Below, piece by piece: positions 7,558 to 16,150 of a DNA stretch of 64,000 bases. Source of the DNA: Spirulina sp. GTDB taxonomy: Bacteria; Cyanobacteriota; Cyanobacteriia; Phormidesmidales; Phormidesmidaceae. The position numbers and the translations under genes are program-made. The first letter of the stretch is position 1; each line of letters opens with the position of its first letter. The DNA lies in assembly GCA_044070495.1 (NCBI GenBank), contig JBIPSI010000006.1:1-64000 (forward strand). Reading direction: 5' to 3'. The notes beneath the pieces were generated by a model. The model was given only the letters and a program-made list of their open reading frames with translations, was not told where the DNA came from and did no database searches.

Positions 7558-9024
7558 ATGATAAACAACCGTCCACCCTTAGCCTTCTCTGCACGATGGA
7601 TTTCCCTCGGATCTGCCCTCGTGGTTGCTGGGCTAACCTGGCTGCCCGGAGGCCCTGCCCAAGCTAGCGTGGCCCTCACCCGCGCCGACATTGAGGCGAT
7701 TCTAAACCGTGTGGAGTTGATCCCTAGGGGACGATCCGCACGCATGGCCCGTAGCCGAGACTTCATGGCCGTTGGCGATACCCTGCGCACGGCAGCCCAG
7801 TCCCAGGCCCAACTTCGATTCAACGACGGATCCCTCGCCCGTGTGGGAGAGCGAGCTACCTTTCAGTTTTTGCCCAATACCCGTAACTTTCGCCTATCTA
7901 ACGGCACGATGCTGCTGCTCATTCCCCCAGGACGGGGCCGCAGCACGATTCAAACCCCCAGCGCCATTACCGGCATCCAGGGTTCAGCGGTGGTGGTGCG
8001 CCACATCGAGGAGCGTAATCTAACCATCGTGATGGCCCTAACGAATAATCCGACGGGGCCGATGACGGTAACCACCCTGGGCTGTGACGATGGCTCCGAG
8101 TCCTGCGTTTCTGAACATGCCCTCTACGCTGGGCAGATGGCGCTGGTGCAGGGCAATCAGGTACAGATTTTAGACTTTGATCTGCCTACCTTCTACGACA
8201 CGAGCCACCTCACCGATGGACTAGAACTCAACAACCCAGATCCAACGGTTTCCCTGGGGCCAGATCTCGATTTGGTGAGGGAAGAAACTCTAGAGGCGCT
8301 AGATCGGGAGGGAGGCTTCGCCGATGCCATCATGCTGAACCCAGCCGCCGTTGCGATTACCTCCAGCGACCAAGGGACAGCAAGCGAGCCCTGGCTATTG
8401 TCCCCTGCCATGGCCGAGACTCAGCTCGGTGGTCGGCCCCACAGCTTAACAGCGCCGGTGACCAGTAGCGTGGTGGGGGTGTCGCCCATTCCGGCGAACC
8501 GGGGAGGAGCTATCGTTTCTGGTACCCAGGACTCCCCTGGCAACGCACCAACCAGACAACCTGCCGCCCCTAGTGCAGCCGTCCAAACGCCCACAACGCG
8601 CCCCCCGGTCGCACAGCCGCCTGTGACACAACCCCCGGTCGCACAGCCACCGGTGGCTCAACCCCCGGTCGCACAGCCGCCTGTGGCTCAACCTCCCGTG
8701 GTGCAGCCGCCTGTGGCTCAACCCCCGGTCGCACAGCCACCTGTGGCTCAACCCCCGGTCGCGCAACCGCCCGTAGTGCAACCCCCGGTTGCCCAGCCCC
8801 CGGTCGCGCAACCGCCTGTGGCTCAACCTCCCGTGGTGCAGCCGCCTGTGGTCGTAGAGCCGCCTGTGACTCAACCCCCTGGGGTGCAGCCACCCACAGG
8901 GCCAGAGGTACCTGCGAACCCTCCCCCCTTCCGTCCCGATCCAACGGTACCGGCCAACCCACCGGCAAATCCCCCCGTCATCTTTGACCCCCCTGAGAAG
9001 GATCCCGTAGCGCCTGTGCCCTAG
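7558..9024 (+). CDS. FecR-domain protein with VAQPP repeat tail
   Basis: Signal peptide (…PAQA), then GDTLRT...AQLRFNDGSLARVGE...IQTPSAITGIQGS; paralog of 6036-7121. Confidence 0.85.
   Translation: MINNRPPLAFSARWISLGSALVVAGLTWLPGGPAQASVALTRADIEAILNRVELIPRGRSARMARSRDFMAVGDTLRTAAQSQAQLRFNDGSLARVGERATFQFLPNTRNFRLSNGTMLLLIPPGRGRSTIQTPSAITGIQGSAVVVRHIEERNLTIVMALTNNPTGPMTVTTLGCDDGSESCVSEHALYAGQMALVQGNQVQILDFDLPTFYDTSHLTDGLELNNPDPTVSLGPDLDLVREETLEALDREGGFADAIMLNPAAVAITSSDQGTASEPWLLSPAMAETQLGGRPHSLTAPVTSSVVGVSPIPANRGGAIVSGTQDSPGNAPTRQPAAPSAAVQTPTTRPPVAQPPVTQPPVAQPPVAQPPVAQPPVAQPPVVQPPVAQPPVAQPPVAQPPVAQPPVVQPPVAQPPVAQPPVAQPPVVQPPVVVEPPVTQPPGVQPPTGPEVPANPPPFRPDPTVPANPPANPPVIFDPPEKDPVAPVP
8608..8847 (+). 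repeat. coding 15-bp tandem repeat, 16 x V(A/V/T)QPP
   Basis: Read directly from the DNA and the translation. Confidence 0.95.
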
Positions 9025-9083
9025 CTGGCTAGGATAAACCTGGGACGCGCTCAACTGATACGGGGCCGACCTCGCTACTTTAG

Positions 9084-9113
9084 GCCCTCGGTACTACAGA
9101 TGCCGAGGGCTTC
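9084..9113 (+). terminator. probable intrinsic terminator
   Basis: GCCCTCGGTA / TGCCGAGGGC stem 60 nt after the stop codon; short T tail. Confidence 0.55.
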
Positions 9114-9327
9114 TATGTAGATGCACCGTCGCAAAACCTCCCCATAGGCAGTACGGTTCTACCCACCTGAGGAACGGGGCAACTTTCGTTACCTTAGATC
9201 TAGATGTTTGAACTTCCATTCACATCCAAGTCCACCCTCAGCAGCTTGCCGTAGCACAAGCGCCCCATGGGACTTGGTAAGCCCCAGGCGACCTGCCCCT
9301 TAGTGCCAGCAAAGCGAGGTATCCACT

Positions 9328-9675
9328 GTGAGCCATTCTTCCGGTAAATCCCCAGAACTGTTCAGCGGCTTCAAAGCCTTCGAGCATGGCAATTCGCTGA
9401 TGCAGTACGTCCATGCCATGAGTCCTGAAACCATCGCCCAACTGTCTAACCCAACCTCCTCGGAGGTGCAGCAAATGATGGAACACAACATCATTGGGCT
9501 GTTGGGGGGCCTGCCTTCGCAGCATTTTGATGTGGAAATTACCACCAACCGCGAAAGCCTAGGGCGGCTGCTGGCCTCTGCTATGATGAGCGGGTACTTT
9601 TTGCGCGGAGCCGAGCAGCGCATGGCCATGGAGCAATCCTTTGTCCTGGCTGACTCCGCCTCTGATGCTGAGTGA
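9328..9675 (+). CDS. DUF760 family protein
   Basis: NSLMQYV...MEHNIIGLLGGLP...ITTNRESLGRLLASAMMSGYFLR signature. Confidence 0.85.
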   Translation: MSHSSGKSPELFSGFKAFEHGNSLMQYVHAMSPETIAQLSNPTSSEVQQMMEHNIIGLLGGLPSQHFDVEITTNRESLGRLLASAMMSGYFLRGAEQRMAMEQSFVLADSASDAE

Positions 9676-9697
9676 CCTCTAGATCCTCTCTTCATCC

Positions 9698-10993
9698 TTG
9701 CCCGACCTGTCCCTAAGTAGCCCCTCTCAGTCCCACCGTTGCCGCGATGGGGAAGCCACTTACCTGACGGCGGCACTGGACGTTTTGGCGACGGTTGAAT
9801 CCAACGCTGAGCCTGCAATTAAATCGGCGGCTAAATCAGCGAAACAGTCTGGGGTCAGGAATCTCACAGCTTTGGATCCGGCTGGGGCTGTCTCCCCCTG
9901 GCCGGATTTTGTTGTAGCAGAACTGCGGTCTAGCCTGCTGAATTGGTATAGACAGGCAGGACGGCAACTGCCCTGGCGCAATATCGACAACCCCTACGCC
10001 ATCTGGGTTTCGGAGATGATGTTGCAGCAAACCCAGGTGAAAACCGTGCTGCCCTACTACGAGCGCTGGTTGACGCAGTTCCCCACTGTAGACACCCTGG
10101 CGGCGGCGGAGTTGCAAACGGTGCTCAAAGCCTGGGAAGGTTTAGGCTACTATGCCCGTGCCCGAAACCTGCACCGGGCCGCCCAGCGCCTTGTGGCGGA
10201 TCATGGGGGCCAAATTCCCCAGGATTTTGACCAAATCACCGCCCTTCCCGGTATTGGTCGCACCACCGCCGGGGGCATCCTCAGTTCCGCCTACAACCTG
10301 CCCTACGCGATTTTGGATGGCAATGTAAAGCGGGTGCTGGCTCGACTAGTGGCCCTGCCCATGCCCCCCGCCAAAGCGATGAACACCCTGTGGGATTTGT
10401 CCGAGGGCTTGTTGGATCCCGAAAACCCCCGTGACTTTAACCAGGCCATCATGGATTTGGGGGCCACCCTCTGCACCCGCCGCCAGCCCGATTGCCCCCG
10501 CTGTCCTTGGCAAGGCCACTGTCGCGCCTATAATTTGAATGTGCAAGCGGAGATTCCGATGACCGAGAGCAAAGCCCCCATCCCCCACAAACATATTGGT
10601 GTCGCGGTAATTTGGAATGACCAAGGCCAGGTGCTTATTGACCGACGCAAGCAGGAAGGGTTGCTGGGCGGATTGTGGGAATTTCCGGGCGGCAAAATTG
10701 AACCGGGCGAAACCGTAGAAGATTGCGTCCGGCGGGAAATTCAAGAGGAACTCGGCATCGACATTGCCGTGGGCGACTTGCTCTGCACCGTCACCCACAC
10801 CTATTCCCACTTCAAAGTCACCCTCAACGTTCACCACTGCACCCACCTCAGCGGCGACCCCCAACCCATCGAATGCGACGAAGTGCGCTGGGTCAACCTC
10901 GACCAAATTGAAGAATATCCCTTCCCCAAGGCCAATATTCAAATTATCGAAGCCCTCAAGGCCCACGCCCAGGCCAATTCAGCTACCCATTAG
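9698..10993 (+). CDS. mutY: A/G-specific adenine glycosylase with C-terminal MutT/Nudix domain (start uncertain, probably downstream)
   Basis: WVSEMMLQQTQV, GLGYYARARNLH, LPGIGRTTA, DGNVKRV and Fe-S motif CTRRQPDCPRCPWQGHC; Nudix box present. Confidence 0.93.
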   Translation: MPDLSLSSPSQSHRCRDGEATYLTAALDVLATVESNAEPAIKSAAKSAKQSGVRNLTALDPAGAVSPWPDFVVAELRSSLLNWYRQAGRQLPWRNIDNPYAIWVSEMMLQQTQVKTVLPYYERWLTQFPTVDTLAAAELQTVLKAWEGLGYYARARNLHRAAQRLVADHGGQIPQDFDQITALPGIGRTTAGGILSSAYNLPYAILDGNVKRVLARLVALPMPPAKAMNTLWDLSEGLLDPENPRDFNQAIMDLGATLCTRRQPDCPRCPWQGHCRAYNLNVQAEIPMTESKAPIPHKHIGVAVIWNDQGQVLIDRRKQEGLLGGLWEFPGGKIEPGETVEDCVRREIQEELGIDIAVGDLLCTVTHTYSHFKVTLNVHHCTHLSGDPQPIECDEVRWVNLDQIEEYPFPKANIQIIEALKAHAQANSATH

Positions 10994-11088
10994 GACGATG
11001 TCCGGCCCATGTGTAGAGCCATGAAGGATGGTGTAGCGAGGTTTCCTGGCCTTTTACAATGGGGGCAGTCCTTTACCGAGCATTGACT

Positions 11089-11304
11089 ATGGCGATTGAA
11101 ACCGTGGGTAGCCCACCCCCTGAGGCCGATCAAATTAAAACGGTGCTAGAGCAGCAGTTGCCCAACATCATCGCCAGCTTTAACCAAGTGCTGCGCGAAC
11201 AGTACGGCATTACCGGCGTCAGCGTGGGCGGCTTTAGCGTGGTGCCCGAAAGCGCCGTGGCCGGAACGGTAGTTTGCGACCAAGAAAGTTGCTCGATTAG
11301 CTAG
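11089..11304 (+). CDS. small hypothetical protein
   Basis: 71-aa ORF with protein-like composition filling the gap; ends VCDQESCSIS. Confidence 0.55.
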   Translation: MAIETVGSPPPEADQIKTVLEQQLPNIIASFNQVLREQYGITGVSVGGFSVVPESAVAGTVVCDQESCSIS

Positions 11305-11392
11305 CGGCTACGGGCCAGCGAACATTCCAACCGTTGGCCTGTAAAGCTGTGCTTGGATCTGGAGCAACCCCGCCGATTAACGCCCCTCGTCA

Positions 11393-11665
11393 ATGCCGCC
11401 TGTTTCCCATCCCTTTAGTCGGGGCTTGCTAGTCGTATTAATGAACTACAACGACCATGCGCCGCCTCACGTCCATGTCAAGTATCAAAATGACTATGGC
11501 AGCTATCGAATCACCATCCAGTCTCGGCAGTGGATGCAGCCTGGTAAGCCACTGCCGCCCAAGTTTAAGCGCCTTATCGAAGCGTGGGTGGAGGCCCATG
11601 AAGACGCTTTGTTAGAACAATGGCAGCGAGCGATGCGACGTGAAACCATTGAAATCGTAGGATAG
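11393..11665 (+). CDS. DUF4160 domain protein (TA-associated)
   Basis: YNDHAPPHVHVKY...W...H..ALLEQW pattern. Confidence 0.8.
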   Translation: MPPVSHPFSRGLLVVLMNYNDHAPPHVHVKYQNDYGSYRITIQSRQWMQPGKPLPPKFKRLIEAWVEAHEDALLEQWQRAMRRETIEIVG

Positions 11666-11670
11666 GCGCT

Positions 11671-12060
11671 ATGAAATGGGAATCCTGGCAATCACTGGCT
11701 GATAACCCAACGTACTGGCAAAATTCGGCTGAGAAAGGATTGCTCAAGGCCGAATATTTAGGCAACTACACCTTGCGGCTGTGGTTTGAGGATGATATGA
11801 ATGTCAGCATTTACGAACTGGACTTTTTCCCCCTGCTCATAGAAGAAGACCCAGGCCCAGCCCTGAGACCGTTGAGGCAGTTAGAACGGTTTCAGTTCGT
11901 TAAAGGTGACTATGCCCTGATCTGGCCCAACCCAGCGACCGGAGCCTACGATGAAGCGACCATCGATTTAGCCCCCGAATGCGTACGTTTTTTCTGTGAG
12001 CAGTATGGCCGACTGGTGAAACCGAGCCGAACGGCACTAAAAGGAGGGGTCTTGGGATGA
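11671..12060 (+). CDS. DUF2442 domain protein (TA-associated)
   Basis: AEYLGNYTLRLWFED...LIWPN...IDLAPE; usual partner of DUF4160. Confidence 0.75.
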   Translation: MKWESWQSLADNPTYWQNSAEKGLLKAEYLGNYTLRLWFEDDMNVSIYELDFFPLLIEEDPGPALRPLRQLERFQFVKGDYALIWPNPATGAYDEATIDLAPECVRFFCEQYGRLVKPSRTALKGGVLG

Positions 12061-12605
12061 GCGTTGCCATCGCCAAATGGACGCTGGAGGAGTATCACCG
12101 CATGATTGAGGCGGGACTACTTGACCATCGCCGCGTAGAACTACTATTAGGAGAAATTGTGGAGATGGCTCCAGAGGGAGAACCCCATGCCTACTTTAGT
12201 TCTGAGGCGGGGGATTATTTGGCGCAACAACTCGGAAATCGGGCCATGGTGCGACAGGCTAAACCCATCACTCTCCCCAATCAATCGGAGCCGGAGCCGG
12301 ATATTGCCATCGTTCAGCGGCTGGGGCGCGAATATCTCAATCACCATCCCTATCCTGAAAATATTTTTTGGGTGATTGAATACGCCGACTCTAGTTGGGA
12401 AAAGGACTTCCAGATCAAAAGCCGAGTCTACGCTGAGGTGGGCATCGCTGAGTATTGGTTGATCAACCTCAAAAAGCAGGAATTGCTTCTGTTTCGCGCT
12501 CCTCAATCGGGACAGTATGCCACGTGCATTCCCATGGCCACAGGTAGCCTAGCCCCGATTGCCTTTCCAGAGGTGGCGATTGATATCCATCGACTGATTA
12601 ATTGA
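12057..12605 (+). CDS. Uma2 family endonuclease
   Basis: WTLEEYHRMIEAG...ELLLGEIVEM...SEPEPDIAI...YAEVGIAEYWLINL. Confidence 0.92.
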   Translation: MSVAIAKWTLEEYHRMIEAGLLDHRRVELLLGEIVEMAPEGEPHAYFSSEAGDYLAQQLGNRAMVRQAKPITLPNQSEPEPDIAIVQRLGREYLNHHPYPENIFWVIEYADSSWEKDFQIKSRVYAEVGIAEYWLINLKKQELLLFRAPQSGQYATCIPMATGSLAPIAFPEVAIDIHRLIN

Positions 12606-12636
12606 TGGCTATGGATAGCTGATGCACGGATCATCG

Positions 12637-13452
12637 TCAGGGTTCCATCGCCACCTGCTGGTTCAGGATAGTTTGAGTGGCGGCATCGGCGGCAAACAGG
12701 TGCTCTACCCGCAGCGAGGCTAAGGTGATGTCTTGGGGGGTGCCGAAGGTGGTAAACATGGCGAAGAAGGCCAGTTCGCCGTAGGGGGTGGCATAGCGGG
12801 TGGTGAGCACCGGGGCCGCTGGAGTCACCAGTCTGGATTGGAGAGCCTGATCCCCTAGGCGATCCCGCAGCAGGGCGGCGAAGGACTCCACCTTGGGGGC
12901 AAGACTAGGTTGAGCGGCAGCCTCTTGGCGCAGACGCACCAGCAAATCGGGGCCAACTTCCTCCAGGTTAATGACCGACCGGGTTAAGCCCTCAGGGTGG
13001 ATCAGCAGATCCAGCAAGTTCATGGGGGAAGAGTCAGGCAAAGCGGTGGACGAGGGCATGAGAGTTGCCGCTAGCCACTGGCCCCCTCGGTTCAGCCGCA
13101 CCAGGTTCCACTGGGCGTCCATGACCAGGGCAGGCATCGGATCATGGGCCATGAGCAATTGCCCCAGTGCTTGATTGATGGTCTCCAAGGCCGGATCCTC
13201 TAGGGGAGTGGCGGCATAAACCGGGGCATAACCCGCCTGGAGCAGGGCCTCGTTACGCAATATCAACGGCGCTTCCAAGGCGTGTAACCAGGCCAACAAT
13301 AGATCTCGACTGGGCCTCGCCCGCCCCCCTTCAACAAAGCTAATGTGGCGTTGGGACACCCCTAGGCGTAGCGCCAACTCAAGTTGACTAATCCGCTGAG
13401 CTTTGCGGGCCTGACGCAGGGTATCGGGCAGGGGATGGGCGGAGGATAGCAC
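12637..13452 (-). CDS. XRE-family HTH regulator with MmyB-like ligand-binding domain
   Basis: SQLELALRLGVSQRHISFVEGGRARPSR; HDPMPALVMD..WN; TTFGTPQDITL. Confidence 0.88.
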   Translation of the reverse strand: MLSSAHPLPDTLRQARKAQRISQLELALRLGVSQRHISFVEGGRARPSRDLLLAWLHALEAPLILRNEALLQAGYAPVYAATPLEDPALETINQALGQLLMAHDPMPALVMDAQWNLVRLNRGGQWLAATLMPSSTALPDSSPMNLLDLLIHPEGLTRSVINLEEVGPDLLVRLRQEAAAQPSLAPKVESFAALLRDRLGDQALQSRLVTPAAPVLTTRYATPYGELAFFAMFTTFGTPQDITLASLRVEHLFAADAATQTILNQQVAMEP

Positions 13453-13460
13453 GGGATTTT

Positions 13461-13477
13461 ATTACCTGAGAGGTAGT
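13461..13477. promoter_or_regulatory. candidate operator ATTACCT-GAG-AGGTAGT
   Basis: Inverted repeat 9 nt upstream of the regulator start, within the 82-bp divergent gap. Confidence 0.55.
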
Positions 13478-13534
13478 TGATTTGATAACCTAAGCCTTGA
13501 ATACTGAGCCTATCACCCCTAGAGAGGTTCAGCC

Positions 13535-13837
13535 ATGCTGCGTAGTTTGTTGGTCGTTGCCTTGATTTCGCTGGGCGGAATTAGTGCCGTCGCGCTTTGG
13601 CAGTACGGCTACCTGGGTATTTTTGCCACGGAATTTCAGAGCACCGCCGGGATGCAAGTCTTGGCCGATCTGGTGATTGCCCTATCGCTATTCCTGGTTT
13701 GGATGTGGCGCGATGCTAAGGCGACCGGACGCAATCCCTGGCCTTGGTTGATTATGACCCTAACCATGGGATCCTTTGGGCCGTTGTTTTATCTGCTCAC
13801 CCAAAAGTCAGCGGCGGCGGCAGAATCCGATCAATAA
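13535..13837 (+). CDS. DUF2834-like small membrane protein
   Basis: Hydrophobic helices; DLVIALSLFLVWMWRDA...GSFGPLFYL. Confidence 0.75.
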   Translation: MLRSLLVVALISLGGISAVALWQYGYLGIFATEFQSTAGMQVLADLVIALSLFLVWMWRDAKATGRNPWPWLIMTLTMGSFGPLFYLLTQKSAAAAESDQ

Positions 13838-13880
13838 CCAAACCCTAGGAACCAAACCCTAGGAGTAACGCCCCATACCC

Positions 13881-13982
13881 AATCCAAATCAGAAAAACCC
13901 GATTCTCAATCCGGCAAACCGTAGGGGTGGGGTTTCCTCACCCACACCAATATCAGGGGCGCCTTCATCGGCTCACCCTAGG
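13881..13982. repeat. GTAG-type REP/REPIN-like dispersed repeat, copy 2
   Basis: Similar to 7197-7246; GTAGGGGTG ... CACCCTAG; preceded by a tandem AACCAAACCCTAGG x2. Confidence 0.5.
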
Positions 13983-14072
13983 CTATGGAGAAAGTTACCA
14001 AGCGTAATGGAGACAGCGCATACCGAGAATCTGCGGTATTCTTGGGGCAAAGTTCCTGCATAGGTCAGCCCC

Positions 14073-14648
14073 ATGAATCGGCGTAGCGTTCTCTATAGCC
14101 TTGTGGTCGTGGTCATTGCGGCCTTGCTGATGGTTGTTCCCTTGGCAAGCCGTGCCCCAGCCCAGGTAAGCAGCCCCAACTCACCGCCCCTGCGCAACCT
14201 GATGCAGGAGTTTGAGCCTGTTGTGATGCCGGGGGCTACGGCCTATTCCCTATTCACCACCGATATGGCGGCGGCCCATCAAGTGTGGTATCGCATTTCT
14301 GGCGGGGATGCCCTCTTCCGGCAGCGGTTGCGGGTGTATCAGGAAAATGCAGGCCCGCGCCCTCAAAATGAACTTCCCCCCGACAGCGCCCGACAGCAGG
14401 AATTGCTCTCTAATACGCCCACGGGCTGGTTTATGTTTCCGGCAGAAACGGGGGTGTTTACCTACTACTTCGATGGCGATCATCGCTCTGGGGGTGGCCA
14501 AAACTGGGAGGATGCCTTTGGCATCAAGGTACGGCGCACCCGATTCGCGAACGGCAACCTCTATGACCTAGGCTTTGAAGACCAGGCAAGCCTCGATGAC
14601 TTTAATGACCTAGAGCTTCAGGTGGTCATCCTACAATCATTGTCTTAG
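14073..14648 (+). CDS. secreted protein with C-terminal GFED..DDFND calcium-binding-like motif
   Basis: Signal peptide (…RAPA-Q); C-terminus LGFEDQASLDDFNDLELQV. Confidence 0.7.
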   Translation: MNRRSVLYSLVVVVIAALLMVVPLASRAPAQVSSPNSPPLRNLMQEFEPVVMPGATAYSLFTTDMAAAHQVWYRISGGDALFRQRLRVYQENAGPRPQNELPPDSARQQELLSNTPTGWFMFPAETGVFTYYFDGDHRSGGGQNWEDAFGIKVRRTRFANGNLYDLGFEDQASLDDFNDLELQVVILQSLS

Positions 14649-14678
14649 TACAATCCTTGTCCTAGCTGGACGCTTCCC

Positions 14679-15182
14679 ATGACCAAACACCTGATTCTCT
14701 TTCGCCATGGTAAATCAGACTGGGAGGCCAGCTTTAACCGCGACCACGACCGTCCGGTGGCAGAACGGGGACAGCGGGCCGCTCAAACTATGGGACGCTG
14801 GCTGGCGGCGGTGGATCGTGTGCCCAGCCTAGCCATTACTTCCTCGGCGGTGCGGGCCAAAACCACCCTAGAGTTAGCCATGGCAGCGGGGCCGTGGGAT
14901 TGTCCGACCCAGGTCACCAGCGATCTCTATGAAGCCACGGTGGACACGGTGCTGGGGGTGATTCAGCGGCAGTCGGATACTTACCATTCCCTCATGCTGG
15001 TGGGCCACGAACCCACCTGGTCAGACACCCTCACCTACCTAATGGGCGGCGGCACGGTGCGAATGCCCACAGCGGCCATGGCCTGTCTAGGGTTTGAGGT
15101 AGACCACTGGGCGCAGGTGGGCCAGGGCCGTGGTACCCTGCTGTGGCTGATGCCGCCCAAACTGTTGACCTCCCTGATGTAA
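14679..15182 (+). CDS. SixA-like histidine phosphatase
   Basis: LFRHGKS...DRP...SSAVRAKTT...LVGHEP. Confidence 0.9.
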   Translation: MTKHLILFRHGKSDWEASFNRDHDRPVAERGQRAAQTMGRWLAAVDRVPSLAITSSAVRAKTTLELAMAAGPWDCPTQVTSDLYEATVDTVLGVIQRQSDTYHSLMLVGHEPTWSDTLTYLMGGGTVRMPTAAMACLGFEVDHWAQVGQGRGTLLWLMPPKLLTSLM

Positions 15183-15199
15183 CCTCCCCAGAGCAAACG

Positions 15200-16111
15200 A
15201 TGACCCCGTTGCCCCAGACCCAGACCTATTCCTGGAACGACTACCCCTGCACCTACACCCATTATCCAGCGCTAGGGAATCCGGATACGCCGCCCCTGCT
15301 GCTGATCCATCCCATTGGGGTGGGGTTGGCGGGCTGGTTCTGGCATCGCTTTGCCCAGGCCCTGGCCGCAACGGGCAATCGTCCTGATCTGTATGTGCCC
15401 GACCTGCTGGGCTGTGGTCACTGTCCAAAACCCAAGGTGGCCTACTATGCCGAAGACTGGGCCGACCAGTTGGCCCACTTTTTGTGCCAGATGGTGCAGC
15501 GGCCTGTGGTGCTGGTGGTACAGGGGGGAAGCCTGCCCATTGGCCTGAAGTTGATGGCCCATCCCCAAACCCAGGGGTTGATTCAATCCCTGGTGCTGAG
15601 CGGCCCACCGGGCATGAAGCTGATGACCACCCCCACCACCCACCGCCGCCAAACCCTGCTGTGGAATCTGCTGTTCAGCGGCCCAGTCGGTATCGGGTTC
15701 TTTCGCTACGCCCGTCGCGAAGCCTTTTTAGAATCCTTCAGCCGCCGCCAACTGTTTGCCCAGGAACAGGACATCGACCGGGAATGGCTCGACCAATTGT
15801 TGGAAGACGCCCAGGATGCGGGCGGACGTCACGCCGTCTACTCCTTCCTGGCGGGTTTTTGGCGACAGGATTACACTGCCTTGATGGCTGCCATTTCGGT
15901 ACCTACCCTCGTCATTTTTGGCGATGCCGCCTCCGGCATTAACCGCCTCAGCCGCACCGACCCACCCCAGCAGCGCCTAGAGGACTACCTCCATCACATC
16001 CCCAACGCCAATGGAACCATGATTCCTGGTCGCAACGTACTGCCCTACGAATCTACCGACGCCTTTGTGGAGGCCATGGGGGACTGGTTGGCAGGCAAAG
16101 CCTCGACCTAA
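15200..16111 (+). CDS. alpha/beta fold hydrolase
   Basis: LLLIHPIGVGL...PDLLGCG...PTLVIFG...GRNVLPYE. Start refined to ATG 15200. Confidence 0.8.
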   Translation: MTPLPQTQTYSWNDYPCTYTHYPALGNPDTPPLLLIHPIGVGLAGWFWHRFAQALAATGNRPDLYVPDLLGCGHCPKPKVAYYAEDWADQLAHFLCQMVQRPVVLVVQGGSLPIGLKLMAHPQTQGLIQSLVLSGPPGMKLMTTPTTHRRQTLLWNLLFSGPVGIGFFRYARREAFLESFSRRQLFAQEQDIDREWLDQLLEDAQDAGGRHAVYSFLAGFWRQDYTALMAAISVPTLVIFGDAASGINRLSRTDPPQQRLEDYLHHIPNANGTMIPGRNVLPYESTDAFVEAMGDWLAGKAST

Positions 16112-16150
16112 TGGCCTCTCTCCCATCGCATCTCCACCAAGGATGATGGA

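Noticed and set aside
8446..9054. Minus-strand repetitive ORFs (202 aa and 132 aa)
   Set aside because: Antisense shadows of the VAQPP coding repeat.
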